Assembly (NCBI GenBank): GCA_030632385.1
Contig: DAOVUW010000001.1
Location: 1-34,029 of the forward strand
Direction: 5' to 3'
Length of the DNA: 34,029 nt
Origin: Candidatus Nanohalarchaeota archaeon
GTDB taxonomy: Archaea; EX4484-52
Of the stretch, positions 1 through 7,770 are shown in pieces. The position numbers were made by a program, and so were the translations under genes. The stretch's first letter is position 1; every line of letters begins with the position of its first letter. The notes below the pieces were generated by a model that was not told the DNA's origin, did not search any database, and worked only from the letters and a program-made list of their open reading frames with translations.

Positions 1-141
1 CAGATACCAGAATTAAGCGATAAAATCACAATCCAAACATCTTCTTATACACCTATTGCAAAAGGAAAAATTGAAAAACATCCAAATTTAACTTTAATAG
101 AAGAACCAGAAATTTCTGAAGAAGTTGAAGAAAGCGCATAA
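1..141 (+). CDS. 3' end of a gene truncated by the window start, possibly a uL15/eL18-family ribosomal protein
   Basis: Frame 1 reads QIPELSDKITIQTSSYTPIAKGKIEKHPNL...EESA to TAA at 139-141. KITIQTSSYTPIAKGKIEK resembles the uL15/eL18 C-terminal pattern (k.l.v.a..fS..A..KIe). Only 46 aa are visible. Confidence 0.35.
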   Translation, partial: QIPELSDKITIQTSSYTPIAKGKIEKHPNLTLIEEPEISEEVEESA

Positions 142-176
142 TTATTTTTTTGGAATTTCTATAAAACTAAGAAATT

Positions 177-782
177 ATGAAAGACACAAATATACAAAAA
201 GAATTAAAAATTGCAGGATATGCAGGAATCGTTAATTTAGCTTTAATGATTCCTATCTTGGCGATGAGTTTTATGCGTATCATGGGTTCTTTTTCTAATC
301 CAGTGATTATTGCGTATATTATATCATCGATTATTACAATAATGGTCGCCATATTATTTTTTAGAGGATTTATATTAATCGGAGAAAAACTCCAAAATCA
401 GTTTCTTGTCAAAAGTTCATACATTATTGTAATCACAACAATTATTTTTTGTATTTATGATATGCTTTCGCTCGGATTTCCTTTTATTGAAAGTGAATTG
501 ATTGCAATAGTAATCTTATTTTTAATGGGAATTATCAACATATTTTTCGGTATAGGCATATATAAATTAAAGGATAAATTCGGAAATATTGCAATAGCAG
601 CAGGCATTTTAGAAATAATAATGGGCATTATGTATTCTTCAATATTGTTGGTATTTATTGCAATAATTTTAACAATTCCTGTAGTTATTCTTGAAATTAT
701 AATTTTGTTTCGTGCAGCAGATAAATTTGCGGAAAAGAAACCCAAAAAAGAAACCTCAAAAGTCAATCAAGAAAGTAAATAA
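177..782 (+). CDS. Multi-pass membrane protein (about 6 TM, DUF996-like), paralog 1
   Basis: 201-aa ORF with alternating hydrophobic segments; clear paralog of the next ORF. Confidence 0.75.
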   Translation: MKDTNIQKELKIAGYAGIVNLALMIPILAMSFMRIMGSFSNPVIIAYIISSIITIMVAILFFRGFILIGEKLQNQFLVKSSYIIVITTIIFCIYDMLSLGFPFIESELIAIVILFLMGIINIFFGIGIYKLKDKFGNIAIAAGILEIIMGIMYSSILLVFIAIILTIPVVILEIIILFRAADKFAEKKPKKETSKVNQESK

Positions 783-784
783 TT

Positions 785-1459
785 ATGAAAGACAAAAACA
801 TAAAAAAACAATTAAAAAGTGCAGGATATGCCGGAATTGCTTCACTGGTTTTATTTATTGTCTGGTCTATATTAACCATATTCATGGAATATCTTTCAAT
901 TATATTGTATGATAAAGAGATTTCAACTGTATTGTATGCTATTATAACAATAATTTTAGCCGTCTCCGTCATATATTTCTTCAAAGGATTTGTTTTGATT
1001 GGGAAAAAACTGAAAAATCAGTTTCTTGTTGCAAATTCATATATTTTCATAATATTTGTTGTTATTTATTCAGCATATTTAATAATTGGTGGAGGGATTT
1101 TCCCATCATGTGAAAATTTAGAAAAAATAGAAAATATACCGGAAAACTCTTTTGAAACTAAATATTATTGTTGGGAGGACGATTTTAATATTGAACTTTT
1201 GCCGATAGAATTTTGGATTAAATCTGTAATTATGCTTATTTTGATATGGTCTTTTGGCATTATTAATATATTTTTTGGAATTGTTATTTATAAATTGAAA
1301 GATGAATTTGGGAACATTGCAAAATCAGCAGGTATTCTGCATATAATTGCAGGTATTTTATCTATGTTAATATATTACGAAATTGCTGTCTTTTTAATGC
1401 TTTTCAGTACGATTCTGGATATCATAATTCTATTCCGTGCATCAGAAAAATTTAAATAA
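785..1459 (+). CDS. Multi-pass membrane protein (DUF996-like), paralog 2 with an inserted Cys-flanked loop
   Basis: 224-aa ORF sharing MKD.NI.K.LK.AGYAGI, GF.LIG.KL.NQFLV, GIINIFFGI.IYKLKD.FGNIA..AGIL and IIILFRA with the preceding ORF. Confidence 0.75.
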   Translation: MKDKNIKKQLKSAGYAGIASLVLFIVWSILTIFMEYLSIILYDKEISTVLYAIITIILAVSVIYFFKGFVLIGKKLKNQFLVANSYIFIIFVVIYSAYLIIGGGIFPSCENLEKIENIPENSFETKYYCWEDDFNIELLPIEFWIKSVIMLILIWSFGIINIFFGIVIYKLKDEFGNIAKSAGILHIIAGILSMLIYYEIAVFLMLFSTILDIIILFRASEKFK

Positions 1460-1555
1460 TATGGACAAAAAAATCTAGTGAATCTGTAGTTAAGAAAAAA
1501 ATGCCGTATTTTTTTGCATATCATAAAATGGAGTTTTAAAATACAAATTAAATAG

Positions 1556-1586
1556 AAAAATAAAAAAACAACCTGTCAAAGACAGG
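1556..1586 (-). terminator. Hairpin plus T-tract downstream of ftsZ
   Basis: Perfect stem-loop CCTGTC-aaa-GACAGG (1572-1586) about 10 nt past the ftsZ stop, followed on the minus strand by TTGTTTTTTTATTTTT. Confidence 0.5.
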
Positions 1587-1595
1587 ATAGATTAT

Positions 1596-2771
1596 TTAAA
1601 CAAAATCAATTCCAAGCTTGGTTTCCATTTGTGCTCTGTGCCTTTCCCTAAATTCTTGTTTATGCGCCCCGTATATTTGTGTTGATTTAACGCCGGTCAC
1701 AATTACCATTACGCGAATCAAATCACCTAATTCTTTTTCAATAGAAGCACCCCATATTATTTTTGCATCAGGCGACAATTTACTGGTTACTTCTTCAACA
1801 ACTTGTTTGGATTCCTTTAGTGTAAGAGAACTTCCACCGACAACATTTATTAATGCTCCTGTTGCCCCTTCTATATCTACATCAAGCAATGGATTATTAA
1901 GCGCTTTTTTTACAGCTTCTGTCGCTCTTTTTTCTGTATCACTTTCAGCCATTCCAATCATTGCAACGCCTCCTTCATTCATTATGGCTTTGATGTCTGC
2001 AAAGTCGAGATTAATAAGACCTGGTTTTGTTACCATTTCTGTAATTCCTTTTACTGCATTTACCAAAATTTCATCTGATATCTTAAATGCTGTATTAATT
2101 GAAACATCCGGCGCTATCTGAAGCAATTTGTCATTTGGTATAATTATAAGCGTATCCACATTGCTTTCTAATTTTTCAAGACCTGTTTTTGCATTGTTTA
2201 TTCTATGTGCTCCTTCCATTGTAAATGGAACTGTAACAATAGCAACAGTTAATGCTCCGCTTTTTTTGGCTGTCTCTGCTACTACTGGTGCAGAACCTGT
2301 TCCTGTTCCGCCTCCAAGTCCGCAAGTAATAAAGACCATATCTGATTTTGACATCGCGCTTTTTATACTTTCTCTTGATTCTTTTGCAGATGATTCGCCC
2401 ACAGCTGGATTTGAACCTGCGCCAAGTCCATTTGTAAGTTCAACACCAATTAATATTTTCTCATTTGCCTGAGTGTATAATAAATCCTGTGCATCTGTAT
2501 TTATTGCAATTGTATCTGCGCCAATTATACCCACATCTGAAAGACGATTCAATGTATTCTTGCCTGCTCCACCACAACCAATAACTTTTACTTTTGCTCT
2601 TCTTTGTTCAAGAATTGTTTTCAGATCATCATTGATTGACTGCTGCCTTTTTTGGACAGAAGAATCTATTATTTCCCTCGGACTTTCTTCCAAAATACTA
2701 CTCATTTCGCTTCTTTCATCTCTGCTATTTATTTCTTCTCTTCCCAATACATTTTCTATTAAAGAATCCAT
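1596..2771 (-). CDS. ftsZ: Cell division protein FtsZ (archaeal type)
   Basis: VIGCGGAG, AINTDAQDL, GLGAG, the tubulin signature GLGGGTGTG and the NLDFAD T7 loop are all present. Confidence 0.97.
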   Translation of the reverse strand: MDSLIENVLGREEINSRDERSEMSSILEESPREIIDSSVQKRQQSINDDLKTILEQRRAKVKVIGCGGAGKNTLNRLSDVGIIGADTIAINTDAQDLLYTQANEKILIGVELTNGLGAGSNPAVGESSAKESRESIKSAMSKSDMVFITCGLGGGTGTGSAPVVAETAKKSGALTVAIVTVPFTMEGAHRINNAKTGLEKLESNVDTLIIIPNDKLLQIAPDVSINTAFKISDEILVNAVKGITEMVTKPGLINLDFADIKAIMNEGGVAMIGMAESDTEKRATEAVKKALNNPLLDVDIEGATGALINVVGGSSLTLKESKQVVEEVTSKLSPDAKIIWGASIEKELGDLIRVMVIVTGVKSTQIYGAHKQEFRERHRAQMETKLGIDFV

Positions 2772-2825
2772 TTTACCCCTCTTTCTTTTTCTTTACTACA
2801 GTTATCATAACTGTATAAATTATAT

Positions 2826-3518
2826 TTATTCTTTTATGTTTTTAAATGTTTCGACAAATGTCACTTCGTCTATTTTTTCAATAAATTCTGTTGAATATTT
2901 TGCAATAAGTTGTTTTATAACAGAATTGTCTAATTCTTTCGGAAGATTAATTGTAAGTACATTTCCTGTTATATGTTTTTCTATTTTCTCGTGTTTTTCT
3001 GGAATAAACATCTTAATTACTGCATCTGTTTTTTCTTCTATTGTTTTAAATACTTTATTTACTGTCAATTCATACTCTATTTCTTTTCCTGCAAGCACAT
3101 GATTGAAATCAACACGAACCCTTCCTGCTGAAACAGACACTATTTTTCCGGTTACTTTTTCCTTTTTATCTTCTATTTCTATTCTCTGACCGACAATAGG
3201 ATTTATTTTCTTTTCTTTTAAAACAGAAGATGAAAATACTTTAATCATTTTGGCATCTCTTTGTCCAAATGCATCTTTTGGCTCAAATGAAAAAGTAAAG
3301 TTCTTACCCATATCTTTTTCATCTATTTTGAAAATTTTATCTTCAAGAGCTTTCAATACAAACCCCTGTCCCATAATTATAACAAGAGGATGATAAGAAT
3401 AAGATTCATTGTATATATTCAACTCTTTGGCTTTTTTTTCATTTGTGAGATCAAATACATCGCCTGTTTTCTTTATTTTGCCCACGTAATCTATTTCAAC
3501 AAAATCATTTTTCTTCAT
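2826..3518 (-). CDS. slyD: FKBP-type peptidyl-prolyl cis-trans isomerase (archaeal long SlyD-like)
   Basis: MKKNDFVEIDYVG...VFDLT, EPKDAFG and VRVDFNHVLAGKEIEYEL match archaeal FKBP motifs. Confidence 0.9.
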   Translation of the reverse strand: MKKNDFVEIDYVGKIKKTGDVFDLTNEKKAKELNIYNESYSYHPLVIIMGQGFVLKALEDKIFKIDEKDMGKNFTFSFEPKDAFGQRDAKMIKVFSSSVLKEKKINPIVGQRIEIEDKKEKVTGKIVSVSAGRVRVDFNHVLAGKEIEYELTVNKVFKTIEEKTDAVIKMFIPEKHEKIEKHITGNVLTINLPKELDNSVIKQLIAKYSTEFIEKIDEVTFVETFKNIKE

Positions 3519-3596
3519 AAAATATAATTCAAGAGAAGATTTAAAAGGTTATTTTTTGTTTCAAATCTTAATTTTTCTCACAAATAAAATATATAA

Positions 3597-3669
3597 CGCT
3601 CCTGACAGGACTCGAACCTGTGGCAACTTGGTTAACAGCCAAGCGCTCTACCTACTGAGCTACAGGAGC
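3597..3669 (-). tRNA. tRNA-Asn (GTT), CCA not encoded
   Basis: Reverse complement GCTCCTG-TA-GCTCAGTAGGTAGAGC-G-CTTGG-CTGTTAA-CCAAG-TTGCC-ACAGG-TTCGAGT-CCTGT-CAGGAGC-G folds into a full cloverleaf. Confidence 0.96.
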
Positions 3670-3800
3670 TTTAAACTATGATTTACTATGAACTATGAAA
3701 TCCGATCAATAAGAAAACCTTTTGTCACTATACTATTAACAACAATACTATTGTTGACACATCTTTCATACCCCAAACGCATTGTCAGATAAAGAGGACA

Positions 3801-4118
3801 TTATATTTTTCTTTCAATTAACCGTATTTCAATATTTACAGAGTCAGGCATTTCCATACGCATGATGTGTTTTAAGATTCTCTCATTCATACCTATATCA
3901 ATCAGTCTTTTATGAATTCTCATTTCCCATTTCTCGTAAGTTGAGGTTCCATCGCCAGAAACTGCTTTTCTGGTAACAATCGATAATTTTTTCGTAGGCA
4001 ACATTATAGGACCTTTTATTTTTGCCTTAAACCTCATCGAAAGAGATTTTATTTCGTTTATTGTGCTATTTAAAGACTCTATTGAATTACTTGTTAATTT
4101 CATTCTTGCTATTTGCAT
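3801..4118 (-). CDS. rps10: 30S ribosomal protein uS10
   Basis: KGPIMLPTKKLSIVTRK..SGDG..TYEKWEMRIHKRLIDI is the archaeal S10 signature. Confidence 0.95.
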   Translation of the reverse strand: MQIARMKLTSNSIESLNSTINEIKSLSMRFKAKIKGPIMLPTKKLSIVTRKAVSGDGTSTYEKWEMRIHKRLIDIGMNERILKHIMRMEMPDSVNIEIRLIERKI

Positions 4119-4188
4119 ACTTATGGTATGTAATTAGATTTAAAAAGTTTTCAATGTTATTTGCTTAATAAGAGTCAATAGAAATAAT

Positions 4189-4575
4189 ATGGCAAAAGAA
4201 TTTTACTTTAGAAACAGGACAATAGAAGAGTTGGACAAAATGTCAATTAATGAATTTTCAGAACTGTTAAAATCCAGACAAAGGAGATTACTAAAAAGAG
4301 GATTGAAAAATAATGAAAAAAAATTCATTGAAAAAGTAAAAAAAGCAGGATCTGAAGATTATGTAAAAACACATTTAAGACACATACCTGTTCTTCCTTG
4401 TTTTATTGGCAAAAAAATAGGCATCTATCAGGGAAAGGAATTCACATCTGTAATTATGCAACCAGAAATGCTCGGACATAGATTAGGAGAATTTACAATG
4501 ACAAGAAGAAAAATAGTTCATTCTGCAGCAGGACTTGGGGCTACAAGAGGAAGTAAATTCGTATCTAAGAAATAA
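4189..4575 (+). CDS. rps19: 30S ribosomal protein uS19
   Basis: VKTHLR, PEMLGHRLGEF and GATRGSKFV motifs. Confidence 0.95.
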   Translation: MAKEFYFRNRTIEELDKMSINEFSELLKSRQRRLLKRGLKNNEKKFIEKVKKAGSEDYVKTHLRHIPVLPCFIGKKIGIYQGKEFTSVIMQPEMLGHRLGEFTMTRRKIVHSAAGLGATRGSKFVSKK

Positions 4576-4579
4576 TATT

Positions 4580-5023
4580 ATGGTAAGCGGATATGCAGTA
4601 GAAACAGACCCAAAAACAACCAGTCGTGTTTTAGGAAGAAATTTATCTATTTCAAAAAAATATTCTGTTGAAGTAGGGAGAACAATAAAAGGAATGAAAT
4701 TAAAAGATGCAAGAAAAAAATTACAAAACGCAATAGAATTAAAAGAACCTATACAATTCGTAAAATATAAAAGATCTACGGGTCACAGGAAAGGAGGTGT
4801 AATTGGAAAATATCCTAAAAATGTATGTCTTGCGGTTGACAATCTTCTCGATACACTTGAAAAAAATGCAATCGACAAAGGTTTGGATGACAAGAAATTA
4901 TACATCAAATATGTTTTTGTTGCAAAAGCATTTAGATTTCCAAGAAGAAGAAAAGTAAGCTTAAGAGGACAACGAAGAAAAAATACCAATGTCGGTATTG
5001 TCTGTGAGGAGGTATATCAATAA
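4580..5023 (+). CDS. rpl22: 50S ribosomal protein uL22 (archaeal)
   Basis: ISKKYSVEVGRTIKGM, GHRKG...GKYPK and NAIDKGLD motifs. ATG at 4580 is preferred over the ORF-track start at 4535, which overlaps uS19. Confidence 0.92.
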   Translation: MVSGYAVETDPKTTSRVLGRNLSISKKYSVEVGRTIKGMKLKDARKKLQNAIELKEPIQFVKYKRSTGHRKGGVIGKYPKNVCLAVDNLLDTLEKNAIDKGLDDKKLYIKYVFVAKAFRFPRRRKVSLRGQRRKNTNVGIVCEEVYQ

Positions 5024-5034
5024 TAATAAACAAT

Positions 5035-5919
5035 ATGAATGAATTAAATTTTATAAAAGAAGGAATACAAAAAGAAGAAATAAATCGCTTTATTACAAAA
5101 GAAATAGGACAAAGTCAGATAAGCCAATGTATAATTAAAAAAACGCCATTATATACACATGTACTTATTTATACTCAAAGACCTGCCAGAATAGTAGGAT
5201 ACAAAGGCACAAAATTAATGCACCTGAAAGAAACAATATCTTCTAAATTCAAGATAAAAAGTCTTAAAATGGATGTTTATAGTATAGACAATCCTTATCT
5301 AGATGCAAGTTTGATGGCAAATTTCATCGCAAGATCCTTGGAACAAGGCAAAAAACATAAAAGAGTAGTTTCTTTTATTATCGAAAAAATTATGTCTTCA
5401 GGAGCAATAGGCGTCGAGATAAATGTTACCGGCAAGATAAGCGGTTCGAGAAGCAGAGGAGACAAATTTTACAGAGGTTATCTTAAAAAATGCGGAGATC
5501 CTATTTATACATGCATAGACAAGAAAAAAGTAAGCGCTGTTTTAAAACAAGGATGCATCGGCATAAAGGTTACAATCATGAAAATCATGCCTGATGTAAT
5601 GCAATTGGAAAGCAACATCAATGCATTGGAAGTTCGTCTGAAAAGAGAATTTGAAAAAGCAGAAAAAGAGAAAAATAAAATAGAAACAAATGAAAAAGCA
5701 GAAACCCAAATGGTAGAGGGAAAAACAGATGACAAAAAGATTGTAGAAAACAAAGCAGAAGAAAAGTCAGTTGAAAAAACGAAAAAAACCGTGGAAGAAA
5801 AGGAAGAATCGAAAAAACTGGATGAAATTGAAGATAAAAAACCAGTAAAAAAAGAAACAAAAAAAGAAGAAATCCAAAAAGTAGAAGAAAAAGAAAAAGC
5901 TACTAAAACAAAAGAATAA
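5035..5919 (+). CDS. rps3: 30S ribosomal protein uS3 with a long Lys/Glu-rich C-terminal tail
   Basis: KH domain (RPARIVGYKG), GAIGVEINVTGKISGSRSR and KQGCIGIKVTIM; canonical position after uL22. Confidence 0.95.
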   Translation: MNELNFIKEGIQKEEINRFITKEIGQSQISQCIIKKTPLYTHVLIYTQRPARIVGYKGTKLMHLKETISSKFKIKSLKMDVYSIDNPYLDASLMANFIARSLEQGKKHKRVVSFIIEKIMSSGAIGVEINVTGKISGSRSRGDKFYRGYLKKCGDPIYTCIDKKKVSAVLKQGCIGIKVTIMKIMPDVMQLESNINALEVRLKREFEKAEKEKNKIETNEKAETQMVEGKTDDKKIVENKAEEKSVEKTKKTVEEKEESKKLDEIEDKKPVKKETKKEEIQKVEEKEKATKTKE

Positions 5920-5926
5920 TATCAAT

Positions 5927-6136
5927 ATGGCAATATTAAAAAATACTGAAATAAAGCAGAAATCGAGAGAAGAATTAAACAAAATACTTTATGATCTTAA
6001 TTTTGAGTTATTAAAAGAAAGAGGAAAAATACAAATAGGTAGTCCTCCTGAAAACACAGGAAAAATATCTCAAATAAGAAAAACAATTGCAAGAATAAAA
6101 ACTTATTTAAATGTGAATGATTCTATAATATCATAG
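5927..6136 (+). CDS. rpl29: 50S ribosomal protein uL29
   Basis: PENTGKISQIRKTIARIKT motif; synteny after uS3. Confidence 0.93.
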   Translation: MAILKNTEIKQKSREELNKILYDLNFELLKERGKIQIGSPPENTGKISQIRKTIARIKTYLNVNDSIIS

Positions 6137-6161
6137 AATAAAAAAAGAGGAAATTTAAAAG

Positions 6162-6461
6162 ATGGGTGAAATCTGTAGTAAATGTGGCTTACCAAAAGAA
6201 TTATGCATCTGTACTACTCTTTTTAAAGAACAACAAAACATAAAAGTTTATAAAAAAAAAAAAAGATTTGGTAAATTCGCAACCATTGTTGATGGAATAA
6301 ATGTGAAAGATGTAAATATAAAAGAACTTGGGAAAAAATTAAAGACCCACCTTGCATGTGGTGGAACTATAAAAGATGATAAAATAGAGTTACAGGGCAA
6401 TCAGAAATCAAAAACAATAGAATTCCTAAAAAAACAGGGCTTTAGCAATATAGAATCATAA
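6162..6461 (+). CDS. sui1: Translation initiation factor SUI1 / aIF1
   Basis: ICSKCGLPKELCIC N-terminus and LACGGT...IELQG; canonical position after uL29. Confidence 0.93.
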   Translation: MGEICSKCGLPKELCICTTLFKEQQNIKVYKKKKRFGKFATIVDGINVKDVNIKELGKKLKTHLACGGTIKDDKIELQGNQKSKTIEFLKKQGFSNIES

Positions 6462-7684
6462 TGATATATGACTTTTTTAAATTAGCGGTGTCGAGCATAA
6501 AACAGAGAAAAATGCGTTCGTGGCTGACAATGATAGGTATATTTATAGGAATAGCTGCGGTTGTTTCTTTAATTTCTTTGGGTGATGGTATGCAGTCCGC
6601 CATCAATGAACAATTTGAAAAAATGGGTTCTGATAAGATTATGGTTATGCCTGGTGGCGCAGGCGGTGTTGGAATGATGAACATGATGACTTCTGCTGCT
6701 AAATTAACAGAGGATGATTTAAAAATAATAAAAAAACAAAGCGGAGTGGATGTAGCAGGAGGCATGATTTTTAAATCCGTTGCTGTAAAATACAAAGATA
6801 AAACAAAATACAGTTTCGTCAATGGGATTCCAACAGATGACACGCAAGATATTTTTAAAGACATGGAATCTTATGAAATGCTCAAAGGTCGTGATTTAAA
6901 AGAAGGAAATGACAAAGAAGTATTAATTGGATACGATATTGCATATACTGATTACTTTGACAAAAGACCAAAATTAAGAGACAAAATATATATAATGGAC
7001 AAACCATTTACAATTATCGGTGTGATTGACAGAATCGGAAATTCTCAGGATGATTCAAGTTTATATGTAACTTTTGATGCAGCAAGTGACTTATTCGGAA
7101 CAAAAGATGAATATGGCATTATTCTTGTAAAAGTCAAACCCAATGTCAAACCAGCTGATTTAGCAGAAATTCTGAAAAAAAAGTTAAGAAGAGAAAGAAG
7201 AGAGAAAGAAGGAGAAGAAAGTTTTCAGGTTCAGACAACAGAACAGTTGTTAAATCAAGTTAATTCGCTATTAGACGTAATTAACGCAGTATTAATTGCA
7301 ATAGCATCTATTGCTTTGGTAGTTGGAGGGGTCGGCATAATGAATACAATGTATACTTCTATTGTAGAGCGGACAAAAGATATCGGCATAATGAAAGCAA
7401 TAGGTGCAACAGACAGCCAGATATTGTCAATCTTTTTATTTGAAGCAGGAATTTATGGACTTGTTGGTGGGACAATTGGAGTGATACTTGGCTATATGAT
7501 AAGCAAATCAGCAGAATATATAACTGTTGTTGTTTTGCAGCAGGAATTACTCTCTGTAACTTATGATCCTTATTTAATCGGTGGAGCTCTTGCATTTTCC
7601 ACAATTCTCGGCATTCTTTCGGGAATATTTCCTGCAAAAAAAGCAGCAGATATGGAACCTGTCGATGCATTAAGATATGAATAA
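6461..7684 (+). CDS. ABC transporter permease, MacB/FtsX family
   Basis: RSWLTMIGIFIGIAAVV TM1, a large extracytoplasmic domain, VGGVGIMNTMYTSIVERTKDIGIMKAIGA and terminal PAKKAADMEPVDALRYE. Confidence 0.93.
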   Translation: MIYDFFKLAVSSIKQRKMRSWLTMIGIFIGIAAVVSLISLGDGMQSAINEQFEKMGSDKIMVMPGGAGGVGMMNMMTSAAKLTEDDLKIIKKQSGVDVAGGMIFKSVAVKYKDKTKYSFVNGIPTDDTQDIFKDMESYEMLKGRDLKEGNDKEVLIGYDIAYTDYFDKRPKLRDKIYIMDKPFTIIGVIDRIGNSQDDSSLYVTFDAASDLFGTKDEYGIILVKVKPNVKPADLAEILKKKLRRERREKEGEESFQVQTTEQLLNQVNSLLDVINAVLIAIASIALVVGGVGIMNTMYTSIVERTKDIGIMKAIGATDSQILSIFLFEAGIYGLVGGTIGVILGYMISKSAEYITVVVLQQELLSVTYDPYLIGGALAFSTILGILSGIFPAKKAADMEPVDALRYE

Positions 7685-7759
7685 AAAAATTGAAATTATT
7701 CTTCCCTTATTTATTTAAAAGTTCTGTTGAATTATTTATTAATTACATTAATTACAAAA

Positions 7760-7766
7760 GAGGGAG
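7760..7766 (+). promoter_or_regulatory. Shine-Dalgarno-like site supporting ATG 7771 as the AOR-HPS start
   Basis: GAGGGAG lies 4 nt before ATG 7771, and MFGYIGKILIVDL is the typical AOR N-terminus. Confidence 0.55.
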
Positions 7767-7770
7767 TTGT

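Noticed and set aside
1618..3102. Long plus-strand ORFs (167, 114 and 209 aa) opposite ftsZ and the FKBP gene
   Set aside because: These are antisense shadows of strongly supported genes with no recognisable motifs. The same applies to the other short antisense ORFs in the track.
3675..3760. Three ACTATGA copies and the palindrome AACAATA-C-TATTGTT between tRNA-Asn and uS10
   Set aside because: These are too short and AT-rich to distinguish from chance. There is no spacer structure, so it is not a CRISPR array.
6252..6264. A13 homopolymer in SUI1 as a phase-variation or frameshift site
   Set aside because: It is in frame, encodes the expected basic KKKKR loop, and A-runs are frequent throughout this genome.
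7690..7770. 27-codon N-terminal extension of the AOR fusion from the TTG start
   Set aside because: The AT-rich segment looks like a promoter region, and a Shine-Dalgarno plus the canonical AOR N-terminus support ATG 7771.
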